Shown here one piece after another: positions 18,899-27,021 of a stretch of DNA of 64,000 bases. The translations under genes were made by a program, and so were the position numbers. Numbering within the stretch: position 1 is the first letter of the stretch; each line of letters begins with the position of its first letter. Below the pieces are notes generated by a model. It saw nothing but the letters and a program-made list of their open reading frames with translations, did not search any database and was not told where the DNA came from. The DNA lies in IMG/VR virus record IMGVR_UViG_3300003322_000571, positions 124,001 through 188,000 of that record. One strand, written 5' to 3'.

Positions 18899-19537
18899 AT
18901 GACCACGCTGATCCAAACCCTGTTCGCTGCCAACGAAGGCCGCACCGTCGAAGCGAACAACGACCAGAACAAGGGCATCTTCAAGGTCGCCAAGCTGGCC
19001 GACAAGATCGGCACGATGAAGAACGGCGACAAGGCCGAGTACGTCGTGCTGACGAACGAGAACGACGAAGCGGTCGTCATCATGCTCCACCCGAACGTCG
19101 CCAAGAGCCTGTTCGAGAAGGGCGAAGACGCCAAGACCGGCTACAAGATGGTGCCCGTCGAGACGACCGACGAGCAGACCGTCACGACCGCTGAAGTCGG
19201 TGGTGCCCCCGCGGAAGTGATCCTGGCGACGTCGGAAGGCGAAGTGCTCGCCGCTGTCCCCGCCGGCACGACCGAAGAAGCGTCCGCTGAAACGGCTCCG
19301 GAAGACAACGGTGCCGCCGAAGCGAGCACGGAAACGACCGAAGCTGCCGCGGAAGAGCCGAAGGAGCCGTCGAAGAAGGAGCTGACGATCGCTCTGGTGC
19401 ACGCCGGCTGGGATGCCAAGCTCGCGCGCAAGGACATCATCGCCAAGATGATCGCCGAAATCGGCATGAGCGGCCCCTGCGCGAACACGTACTACCAGAA
19501 CGTGAAGTCGGGCACCTGGGGCGGCCGTAAGGGCTAA
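18899..19537 (+). CDS. Family B protein
   Basis: AEIGMSGPCANTYYQNVK after an Ala/Glu/Thr linker. Confidence 0.85.
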   Translation: MTTLIQTLFAANEGRTVEANNDQNKGIFKVAKLADKIGTMKNGDKAEYVVLTNENDEAVVIMLHPNVAKSLFEKGEDAKTGYKMVPVETTDEQTVTTAEVGGAPAEVILATSEGEVLAAVPAGTTEEASAETAPEDNGAAEASTETTEAAAEEPKEPSKKELTIALVHAGWDAKLARKDIIAKMIAEIGMSGPCANTYYQNVKSGTWGGRKG

Positions 19538-19546
19538 TCCCCACGC

Positions 19547-19573
19547 CAAGAGGGCTTCGGCCCTCTTGCTTTG
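19547..19573 (+). terminator. Intrinsic terminator (UUCG loop)
   Basis: CAAGAGGGC-TTCG-GCCCTCTTG. Confidence 0.8.
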
Positions 19574-19626
19574 ACAAGCGTATTGGTATACAGTACGCTT
19601 ATCCAAGCAACTCTCAAGGACATATC

Positions 19627-19836
19627 ATGCCTTTGACGTGGTACATCGTTTTCTCGCTGCTGATGTCGTTCTGCGTGCTGTTCGCTTCGAAGCCGGGGAC
19701 GACTGGCATCCTGATCAAGCTCGCCGCCATCGTCCACATTGCGCTGTCGCTGTGGACTCTCCACCAAAACCACGACCTCGTCAAGCAAGCGCATCTCTTC
19801 GCTGAGAAGCTGCCGAGCGTCACGATCGAGAAGTGA
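19627..19836 (+). CDS. Small membrane protein
   Basis: Two hydrophobic helices; AAGGA RBS. Confidence 0.7.
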   Translation: MPLTWYIVFSLLMSFCVLFASKPGTTGILIKLAAIVHIALSLWTLHQNHDLVKQAHLFAEKLPSVTIEK

Positions 19837-19843
19837 GGGCAAC

Positions 19844-19999
19844 ATGCTCCCCGTCAAGATCAAACAGCCGCTGGAACGGCTCGAGAAGATGGTGCTCGTC
19901 AGCATCTACGAGGGCAAGCGTCTGCTCGGCTGGCGCTTGGTCAAAGCGCGCAAGACCGGCAACGAGTATCGCATTCCTCACGACTCACGTTGCAAGTGA
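19844..19999 (+). CDS. Small basic protein
   Basis: GAGG RBS. Confidence 0.55.
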   Translation: MLPVKIKQPLERLEKMVLVSIYEGKRLLGWRLVKARKTGNEYRIPHDSRCK

Positions 20000-20003
20000 T
20001 ACC

Positions 20004-20744
20004 ATGAACAACATCAAAGACATGCTCCAGTTCGACGGCGTGGCCGCTGCTGAGGATATGACCGGGCGCAGTGCTCGTTTCGACGAGAATACCGGTTTGT
20101 TGGCGCTCGCTCTGTCGGTAGCGCACAACGATGCGCTGTCCAAGGCTCTGGCGTCCGAGGACGACACGCAGTACAACAACAAGCTGACCAACTACCAGCG
20201 GATCATCACCAGCATGGGGTTCGAGCTCGCGCTGCGCACTCCGTTCGTCGGTCAGGCGTGGGGTGATGAGCCTGTACCGGATGAAGCGCAGTACATCTAC
20301 GCGCACCGTGCCGGCATGCTGCTGATCTTCGATACGTACGGAGGCGACAGCGTCAACTCCGCCAAGGTGTACTACGCGCACCGTCCTCACCAGCTCTCGA
20401 GCTGTCATTACAGCAGCGGTGGCTGGTACTCTGCAGAAGAATGGAAGGATTCACGTTATCCTTCTGACATGTGGTGGTTTGGCGATCACGATGCACGGGT
20501 CGCTCTCCGTCACACGATTCGGCGGCTGCACGATAGTGGGCAATTCCTGACTCCGTGGCCGAAGCCGCATAGCACGCGCAGCTCTCCGTCGGTCTGGATG
20601 TGCCATTACATGGACCACAAGAAGTTGGACAAGTTGGGCAGTCCGGAGTACAAGGAGGCGATCCGCAATGCGGAGGCCAGGCTCCATCAACTCCCGGATT
20701 GGGTCAAGGAGATGATTTCCCCGGTCCTTCCCGTCCAGGACTGA
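20004..20744 (+). CDS. Hypothetical protein
   Basis: Long ORF with phage-like codon use. Confidence 0.75.
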   Translation: MNNIKDMLQFDGVAAAEDMTGRSARFDENTGLLALALSVAHNDALSKALASEDDTQYNNKLTNYQRIITSMGFELALRTPFVGQAWGDEPVPDEAQYIYAHRAGMLLIFDTYGGDSVNSAKVYYAHRPHQLSSCHYSSGGWYSAEEWKDSRYPSDMWWFGDHDARVALRHTIRRLHDSGQFLTPWPKPHSTRSSPSVWMCHYMDHKKLDKLGSPEYKEAIRNAEARLHQLPDWVKEMISPVLPVQD

Positions 20745-20803
20745 CTCGACGACGAGGACGAAGATCAAGGGTGATATTACCCAGTTGATTTCCACAATGA
20801 GAC

Positions 20804-20830
20804 AGGGGAGCGTTAACGCTCCCCTTCCTA
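20804..20830 (+). terminator. Terminator-like hairpin
   Basis: AGGGGAGCG-TTAA-CGCTCCCCT. Confidence 0.65.
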
Positions 20831-20850
20831 TTACAACTGCAGAGGTCCTT

Positions 20851-21129
20851 GTGGAAGCAACACTTGACGAGAAGTTCGTCGGCACCGTGAGGTCGCCGAT
20901 TGAATCATTCTGGCAGGGTTGTACGCTGAAGAAGGCCGCTGATGCGGAGCACTTCTTTGACGTGCCGAATGTCGATGCGATAGGCTATTGCCTTGACCAC
21001 AACCACTTTTCCAGTCTGTCCCCAGAAGCAAAGCGGCTGATCCACCGTGTGATCGATATCTACGGCCGCCATGCTGTCTGCGATTATCTGGCTGACCACA
21101 TCAAGCTGGTCAAGCAGAAAACACACTGA
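20851..21129 (+). CDS. Hypothetical protein
   Basis: GAGG RBS, GTG start. Confidence 0.6.
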   Translation: MEATLDEKFVGTVRSPIESFWQGCTLKKAADAEHFFDVPNVDAIGYCLDHNHFSSLSPEAKRLIHRVIDIYGRHAVCDYLADHIKLVKQKTH

Positions 21130-21622
21130 TGTCCTGTTTGCACTTGTTGCACTGATACGCCTTGCCCTTGCGGGCTTGCGTATGCTGATAGTACGACAGT
21201 TGGTGCGACATACAGCCACAGTTCCACAGGTACGTCTTGACGGTTTTCGCCGTGTCGTACCTGTGCGTGATCTCAGCCTTCGCTTCGAATAGCTTCATCA
21301 TCGACTGCCATTCCCGTCCATGCTGGAAAGGGACGTTGCCGTTGATGTCTTGCACGATCAAGTGCGCCAGCTCATGCGGAACGCTGTTCGCGATGTACGC
21401 GTCAGTGTTGTCCCGCAGGTAAATCATGTTCAAATCGATCGTGCGCGTAGCGTATTCGGCGTAGCCTGCGCTCGCACCACGGATACGATACACGATATTC
21501 GGACGTTCGACAACGATGCGGAGCTCCCGCTCAGCGATCGCGATCAGGTTGTCAACGCGGGCATTGACCCGCTTTTGTAGTTCCAGCTTAGTCACATTTA
21601 ACTCCCTGGCGAACTGCCCCAT
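21110..21622 (-). CDS. sprT: SprT-like zinc metalloprotease
   Basis: PHELAH, HG.EW, C-terminal CGC...CNKC zinc motif. Confidence 0.85.
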   Translation of the reverse strand: MGQFARELNVTKLELQKRVNARVDNLIAIAERELRIVVERPNIVYRIRGASAGYAEYATRTIDLNMIYLRDNTDAYIANSVPHELAHLIVQDINGNVPFQHGREWQSMMKLFEAKAEITHRYDTAKTVKTYLWNCGCMSHQLSYYQHTQARKGKAYQCNKCKQDISVFSA

Positions 21623-21818
21623 TATTGTTATTGAGCAGGACGCAATGTAACGATGCAAATACGTGGTTTACGATGTGGTCTGTAAAAATAATTTGGTGTA
21701 TAACAACCAGTTCAATCGATGACGATGTCGCTAGCGAACGTTATTGACCAATGAAATAAAAGTTGCCGAAAGGGTGAAACAGCGTTGATCAAACCGCGTG
21801 GTTCAAGTAGCTGCCTCG

Positions 21819-21926
21819 TTGATCTTTACCCTAACTAGTCAGATAGTGTGCTTCATGCGATAGGGATTCGTTGTTGAGAAGCAGCTACAACTGCTAATCA
21901 ACATTCAAACGAGTTAGCGATCGCAT
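21819..21926 (+). promoter_or_regulatory. Promoter plus long hairpin 5' leader
   Basis: TTGATC-17-GATAGT; 72-nt four-segment hairpin 21855-21926. Confidence 0.65.
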
Positions 21927-21970
21927 CAGTCCTCTTCTTTTGTGTTCGTCAATCTTTGAAAGGAATCATC

Positions 21971-22426
21971 ATGAGCAACGTCACCGAAAAGGGCCTCATC
22001 GTTCTGAAGGCCGCTTCCAAGCACAACACGCGCGAGAAGATCGCCCGCCGCCTCGGCCAAAGCGTCGCCCAAGTCAACGGCGCCCTGACCGGTCTCAAGC
22101 GCAACGGCCTGATCGAGATCGATGCCGAAGGCGTGATCACCGTGACCCCCGACGCCGCTCCCTACCTGAGCAAGCGCGCCGGTGGCACCGCTGAACGCGC
22201 CACCCGCACCAACACGAAGATGGCCGCTGCGCGTCGCCTGTTCGACAAGTACGCGTCGAAGGAAGGTCGTGGCGGTCTGATCGCTCGCTTCATGAAGGAG
22301 ATCGGCCTGACCGAGAAGGGCGCGTCGACCTACTTCCAGACGATCCGTGTGCAGGCCGGTGTGCCGGCGGGCGCTTTCCAGCGTGCTCCGCGCAAGCCTT
22401 CGACCGTTTCGCGCAAGACGTCGTGA
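21971..22426 (+). CDS. Family B protein with N-terminal HTH
   Basis: REKIARRLGQSVAQVNGALTGLKRNGLI (winged-HTH-like) plus KEIGLTEKGASTYFQ. Confidence 0.8.
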   Translation: MSNVTEKGLIVLKAASKHNTREKIARRLGQSVAQVNGALTGLKRNGLIEIDAEGVITVTPDAAPYLSKRAGGTAERATRTNTKMAAARRLFDKYASKEGRGGLIARFMKEIGLTEKGASTYFQTIRVQAGVPAGAFQRAPRKPSTVSRKTS

Positions 22427-22446
22427 ACCCTCACCTCGTCCGCTGC

Positions 22447-22475
22447 AAGGGGAGCCATCGGCTCCCCTTTTTTAT
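22447..22475 (+). terminator. Intrinsic terminator
   Basis: AAGGGGAGCC/GGCTCCCCTT plus T tract. Confidence 0.85.
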
Positions 22476-22719
22476 TTGCTGCGTTCTCTCGTGACATGCT
22501 GTGTTGCTTATTGATTATTGAATCAGTGAACTGATTGTCATGATAAAGATTTCTAAACACAACGCATCCATGCAATTTTTGCTGCAAAAAGATGGTGGAG
22601 AAAACCCCCTAGCAGGCAAAAATTGCTAGACACTTTTATATAGAGCACCCGCTCTATCCTGTTGTCTTCTCGGACATCTGGTAGTATCATTCTCCCATCG
22701 TTAAACAAACGAGGCAGAC

Positions 22720-23073
22720 ATGGCCAAGATCGTTACGAAAGATTCCCTGCGAGACCTGCTGCTGAGCTCGCCTCAAGACAAGCAGGTCCGAATCATCGGT
22801 CGCGCTCTCGTTCGGATCATGGAGCGGCAAACGGAAGCCGAAAAGAGCCTGAAGATGACAACCGATTCGAACAACATCGGTTTCACCAGTGCAGATGCGA
22901 AGACGGGAACCAAGTCAGCGGAGTACTTCAAGCGGACTGGCCGTCTGATGCCGTTCGCGTTCGAGCGGTGGATCAGTGCTGACAGCACCGGCTATCCTCG
23001 GATCTGCCGCTACCATCGTCAACTCAACGAAGTCGCTGAGGCAAAAGCCGAAAGTGCCCAGTTGACTCTGTAA
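22720..23073 (+). CDS. Hypothetical protein
   Basis: GAGG RBS; N.IGFTSADA..G motif. Confidence 0.8.
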   Translation: MAKIVTKDSLRDLLLSSPQDKQVRIIGRALVRIMERQTEAEKSLKMTTDSNNIGFTSADAKTGTKSAEYFKRTGRLMPFAFERWISADSTGYPRICRYHRQLNEVAEAKAESAQLTL

Positions 23074-23098
23074 CCAAATGGGAGTATTATACTCCCAT
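23062..23098 (+). promoter_or_regulatory. Hairpin promoter class A
   Basis: TTGACT-17-TATTAT inside ATGGGAGTA-TTA-TACTCCCAT. Confidence 0.85.
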
Positions 23099-23116
23099 CA
23101 ATCAACGGAGTGCGAA

Positions 23117-23410
23117 ATGCAATTCTCGAAGGAACAGCTGATCTACATCGCGAGCAGCCTCGGCAACATGGACGTTGACTTCATGAAGCAGCTGGCGTGG
23201 GGAATGGTCGCCAATCACGCGGAAGTGATGGCGGAAATCTCCGAAAGCAGCGACATCCATACGCTGCCGAACACGAAGGACACCAAGGAACACGTCAAGG
23301 AGTACCTGTCCGACATGTTCCCGGAAATCCTCACGAAGCTGAAGGAGGAGATCGACGCGTGCCCGATCAACGTCAAGTACTCGTGGAGCGTCGACGTCAA
23401 GATGGAATGA
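23117..23410 (+). CDS. Acidic hypothetical protein
   Basis: GGAG RBS. Confidence 0.75.
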   Translation: MQFSKEQLIYIASSLGNMDVDFMKQLAWGMVANHAEVMAEISESSDIHTLPNTKDTKEHVKEYLSDMFPEILTKLKEEIDACPINVKYSWSVDVKME

Positions 23411-23527
23411 TGGACGGGGCCGGCTCAGGGGCAAGGGAGGGAGGAGGTGCCTGAGCGGTCAGGTGGCGATCCCGTCTCTCCCTGACCAGAGTCCGTCTAT
23501 AATACCGGAATCCATGCAGGAATGCAA
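23410..23527 (-). ncRNA. Candidate sRNA with anti-SD loop, with promoter
   Basis: TTGCAT-17-TATTAT; two 7-bp stems, loop CACCTCCTCCCTCCCTTGCC. Confidence 0.5.
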
Positions 23528-23639
23528 CGCCCATTAATAATGAGCTTGCAGTCCAGTATGGTATTGCTCTTTCTGTTGACTGTCTGATTTGTGCACTTAA
23601 TAATCTGCACAACTTAACAACCAACAGAAAGGGTCAATC

Positions 23640-23816
23640 ATGATCGTCGACAACTTCACGCGAGATATCCCCCAAGAAGACGAAAACCTGTCGCCGGCAC
23701 TGGGTGCGATGATGGGTGTGCTCGCCATGCCGCACCAGTACAGCCGTTTCGTCAACGACACGATGCTGTCGCTCAACATGCAGTGCCCGCAGTCTGCGCA
23801 CGTGATGGAAAAGTGA
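23640..23816 (+). CDS. Small hypothetical protein (58 aa)
   Basis: AAGGG RBS; fills the cassette. Confidence 0.6.
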   Translation: MIVDNFTRDIPQEDENLSPALGAMMGVLAMPHQYSRFVNDTMLSLNMQCPQSAHVMEK

Positions 23817-23820
23817 ACTG

Positions 23821-23858
23821 TTGACTTGTCGGCCGGATGGGAGTATTATGCTCCCATC
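23821..23858 (+). promoter_or_regulatory. Hairpin promoter class A
   Basis: TTGACT-17-TATTAT; GATGGGAGTA-TTA-TGCTCCCATC (T-G wobble). Confidence 0.85.
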
Positions 23859-23879
23859 GGTTAACAACCAGGAACACAA

Positions 23880-24275
23880 ATGTTCAAGACCACCCTGCAG
23901 AACATCCACGAAGTCGACGAGAGCGATTTCGGCTACGGACCGCACGTGTACGGCCTACTGCTCGAAGCGCAGGCCGAAGAGCTGGAAGTGACCGTCGTGC
24001 AACGTGTAATCGACAACGGCAACCCCGCGCACGACAATTACGACATCGTGCTCGATAACGGCCTGAAGGTCGATGCGGTGAGTGGTTACCACCTTGCCGA
24101 CATTCACAACTTCGTGGAGAATACGCACGAGTCGCAGTTCTGCCTCGCTGTGCAACATGGTGTCGATTTCGATCACGGTGTGTGGTCTGAACGGATCGAG
24201 TCCATGCTGCGCGATGCGGAGCAGAATCCGCATATTTCCATCTCGTACGAAACGACGTACGCCATTTCCAAGTGA
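23880..24275 (+). CDS. Acidic hypothetical protein
   Basis: AGGA RBS. Confidence 0.75.
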   Translation: MFKTTLQNIHEVDESDFGYGPHVYGLLLEAQAEELEVTVVQRVIDNGNPAHDNYDIVLDNGLKVDAVSGYHLADIHNFVENTHESQFCLAVQHGVDFDHGVWSERIESMLRDAEQNPHISISYETTYAISK

Positions 24276-24283
24276 AGGTCAAC

Positions 24284-24529
24284 ATGAAAAAGCACAACGG
24301 TTTCACGCTGATTGAACTGTTGATCGTTCTCGCGATCATCGGTATCCTGCTGGCAGTGGCGTTGCCTGCATGGCACAACTACCGCAACAACACCGCAGAA
24401 CCGAGCGGCCGCTACGGGCAGATCGGGCACGACCAGCCGCAAGCAGAATACGAATGCCGCGCTGGCGTTGTGATGAAACGCGACGGCAAGGCGCTGAAGT
24501 CGAGCAACGGCTCGATCGTGACCTGCTAA
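24284..24529 (+). CDS. Short type IV pilin-like protein
   Basis: MKKHNG/FTLIELLIVLAIIGILLAVALP prepilin motif with E5; C-terminal Cys pair. Confidence 0.9.
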   Translation: MKKHNGFTLIELLIVLAIIGILLAVALPAWHNYRNNTAEPSGRYGQIGHDQPQAEYECRAGVVMKRDGKALKSSNGSIVTC

Positions 24530-24549
24530 TACAAGTTACCTCCCTGTTT

Positions 24550-24590
24550 GGGCCGGGTTGAGCGCAAGCTCCCCGGCTCGTTTTTTATTC
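24550..24590 (+). terminator. Intrinsic terminator
   Basis: GGGCCGGG..GAGC-GCAA-GCTC-CCCGGCTC plus T tract. Confidence 0.8.
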
Positions 24591-24630
24591 CGAATCCAGC
24601 GCAGCAAACACACCTTCCCACTTTCCAAAT

Positions 24631-24659
24631 AGCATACGGCAAACTAGATGGTTTGGCAA
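24631..24659 (-). promoter_or_regulatory. Antisense sigma70-type promoter
   Basis: TTGCCA-17-TATGCT on the minus strand. Confidence 0.5.
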
Positions 24660-24725
24660 GTGTGGAAAGCCCTATTGTCCGTCTATCTCGTTTGGTGTAT
24701 ACTTGGTCATCAAGTGGAGATTTAG

Positions 24726-24851
24726 ATGCGACTCGTTGCTTACGTACTGATCCTTGGTTTTGCGTCGGGGTTGCTCGCACGCAATCCGTACATCGGTGCG
24801 TTGGCGGGAGTTGTGTGCTGGATCGTTGACACAATCATCAACAGGGAGTAA
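24726..24851 (+). CDS. Small membrane peptide (41 aa)
   Basis: GGAG RBS; MRLVAYVLILGFASGLLA... Confidence 0.55.
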   Translation: MRLVAYVLILGFASGLLARNPYIGALAGVVCWIVDTIINRE

Positions 24852-24853
24852 TC

Positions 24854-25048
24854 ATGGCACTCGTCATCACAATCATTTCCGCACTGATCCTTGTGATCGG
24901 CGGCATCGGTGCAATCGTTGGCGTTCTCGTTGGCGCAGCGTGGTGGGCGGGAGCGCTCACTGCGCTGATCAGCACGGTCGTGTTCATTATCATCCTGGTC
25001 GTCAGCCTGCTCGTGCTGGGATTCGCCAAGATGGACTCGTTGATCTGA
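24854..25048 (+). CDS. Very hydrophobic small membrane protein
   Basis: Two long TM helices. Confidence 0.75.
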   Translation: MALVITIISALILVIGGIGAIVGVLVGAAWWAGALTALISTVVFIIILVVSLLVLGFAKMDSLI

Positions 25049-25075
25049 ACAGCGAGACAGGTTACAATTGATCCC

Positions 25076-25327
25076 ATGAGTGGATATCTTGGTAACCCGG
25101 ACGCAGAGTCCGAACACGCACTGATCCTCGCTGAGAACGGGATCGATGCGGCACGTGCAATGTTGGCAGGTCCTGTTCTGGAAGACTGTCAGAACTGCGA
25201 TGAGCCGATCGATCCGAAGCGAGTCGCTGCGCTCCGTGCAAACGGCATGAAGTGCATGTACTGCATTATTTGCCAATCGAAGTTTGACGCTGCACCAAAG
25301 ATCAAAATGCTTGACCGCATCCTGTAA
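25076..25327 (+). CDS. TraR/DksA-type C4 zinc-finger protein
   Basis: CQNCDEPIDPKRVAA...CMYCIICQ; no DksA N-terminal extension. Confidence 0.85.
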   Translation: MSGYLGNPDAESEHALILAENGIDAARAMLAGPVLEDCQNCDEPIDPKRVAALRANGMKCMYCIICQSKFDAAPKIKMLDRIL

Positions 25328-25365
25328 GTGTGGGATAGTAGTCACATCAACAACTGAGGTGCAAC

Positions 25366-25626
25366 ATGCCTGCGATCAACATCTCCAACGAACTCGTCCG
25401 TGCCATCAATGCTGTGTGGGACTACATCGGTTCCGACTGCGAGCAGTGCGCCAATGAGTGCGGTGAAGAACTGACGAACGAGATGGCCATTGAGAGCTGC
25501 ATCGACGCCGATCGCCTGAAGACGAACGGTCACAAAGCTGCTGACAAGGAACTCCATGCGCTGATCGAGCAGCACGGTTACGGCCCCGTTGCCAAAGCCC
25601 TCGAGAAGAAGATCAGCCTGGCCTGA
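25366..25626 (+). CDS. Hypothetical protein
   Basis: GAGG RBS. Confidence 0.75.
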   Translation: MPAINISNELVRAINAVWDYIGSDCEQCANECGEELTNEMAIESCIDADRLKTNGHKAADKELHALIEQHGYGPVAKALEKKISLA

Positions 25627-25630
25627 TCTG

Positions 25631-25661
25631 TTGACAAAGCTAGTGTCCTACGGGACACTAG
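25631..25661 (+). promoter_or_regulatory. Hairpin promoter
   Basis: TTGACA-17-GACACT; CTAGTGTCC-TACG-GGACACTAG. Confidence 0.65.
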
Positions 25662-25691
25662 TAAACATCAACACAGTCACAGGTAAACATC

Positions 25692-25913
25692 ATGCCGATC
25701 ATCACTGCCCACGAGCTCGCTCGTCAACTGCTTGCGCAAGGCGACTACGAAGTGTGCTTGCTTGACGAAGGTGCAACGCACGGCTGGAGTATCGGCTCTG
25801 TTGTCTCTTGCCAAGGTCGGAGTGATGATTCCGAGCTGACGAAACCAATGGTCGTCATCACGATCGGCAACGGTCTGACGGAACTTCTTCCAAAACCGGA
25901 GCGTATGCAATGA
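25692..25913 (+). CDS. Hypothetical protein
   Basis: Cassette ORF. Confidence 0.7.
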   Translation: MPIITAHELARQLLAQGDYEVCLLDEGATHGWSIGSVVSCQGRSDDSELTKPMVVITIGNGLTELLPKPERMQ

Positions 25914-26212
25914 CAAGCGAAATGTTCAACAATGAGCCGACCGAGGAGCGGAAGGCGAAGCTTGAGCAGTTGCTCGGGCGGATGGAAGCTCCCGACGTGA
26001 TCGCGAAGCAATGTCAGATGTCGCACGCTGCGGTGTTCGCTCTGATCAACGCTCGGTCGTACACGGGGTTCAACAAGTGGTGGGCCCAGCAGGTCAGCGG
26101 CAGGCGTGCGATGCTGATCAACGACAAGTGGGCACTCGCAGAGGCTGCATATAGCGCAGGCCGTGAGGCACTCGCCGAAGAGATCGCGAAGTTGCGTGAT
26201 CAGCCGTTGTAA
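25910..26212 (+). CDS. Hypothetical protein
   Basis: Coupled ORF. Confidence 0.7.
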   Translation: MTSEMFNNEPTEERKAKLEQLLGRMEAPDVIAKQCQMSHAAVFALINARSYTGFNKWWAQQVSGRRAMLINDKWALAEAAYSAGREALAEEIAKLRDQPL

Positions 26213-26309
26213 TGTAGCAACTACAACACTCCAAAGGCAACAGGGCACTGCCCTGTTGCCTTCGCTGGTCAATTGTGCGATACTGGCTTCATTGTAATAA
26301 GGAGCTGAT

Positions 26310-26606
26310 ATGAGCCGACCGACGTCAGAAGAGATCCGCGCATTCGCTGCTCGTATGGAGCAGAACGACTTCTTTGAGCTCGTTGCTCATCATATGCTGT
26401 TCGTCGAGCAGGCGATCGCGACCGATGCGTTGGCAACAGAGCTCGACGCTGACGATACGTACAATCGCTCGTTGGCTCAGGAGCTGTTCCACGACCCAGA
26501 GTACCTCGCAAACTGCTGTGAGGCAACGCTGTCTGGCATGGGGTTTGAAGAAGCTGTCGTCGAGCAGCTGAAGCTGCTCGCTCCGTCGTACGTTCGGCCC
26601 CGTTGA
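26310..26606 (+). CDS. Acidic hypothetical protein
   Basis: AAGGAG RBS. Confidence 0.75.
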   Translation: MSRPTSEEIRAFAARMEQNDFFELVAHHMLFVEQAIATDALATELDADDTYNRSLAQELFHDPEYLANCCEATLSGMGFEEAVVEQLKLLAPSYVRPR

Positions 26607-26657
26607 TCAGTTTGGTCATTTGGGCGATACTGGACGCATTCAATCAAGGAGCGAGCT

Positions 26658-26983
26658 ATGAAGTACTGGAACGGCGTTGGCCGCCATCAGGCTGCGTACG
26701 ACGAGGTCAGCAAGCTGATCCCCGTCGAAGGTGCGTGCAATGACGCACAGACGACGAACAAGTCGCTCGACCTCCTGCGTCGTGCTACTACGATCTGTAC
26801 AACAACGGCCTGTGCAATCGCGCCAAGGAGTTCCGCACGATCTTCGGGTTTGGCGGTGAGAGTATCGCCAAGAACTTCGCAGATGTCAACGGGATGAACC
26901 TCCTTGACGAGAAGATGGATGTCCTGATCGAGAAGGCGTGCGTCGAACAAGGTCTCGCCCACTTGACATATCGCAAGAGCTGA
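26658..26983 (+). pseudogene. Frameshifted gene
   Basis: MKYWNG...LLRRA continues in the -1 frame from 26786 as YYDLYNNGLCNRAKEF... to TGA 26983. Confidence 0.65.
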
Positions 26984-27021
26984 GGGATACTGGCTTCACT
27001 GTCAACCACTGGAGAGCAAAC

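Noticed and set aside
18116-19606. 496-aa minus-strand ORF (also 13543-14412, 15513-16256, 61500-62135)
   Set aside because: Antisense shadows of GC3-biased plus-strand genes that have RBS, promoters and terminators
22480-22600. Fourth copy of sRNA family X
   Set aside because: Only CAGCATG and CGAGAG fragments; the GGGATGGAC core and a convincing promoter are missing
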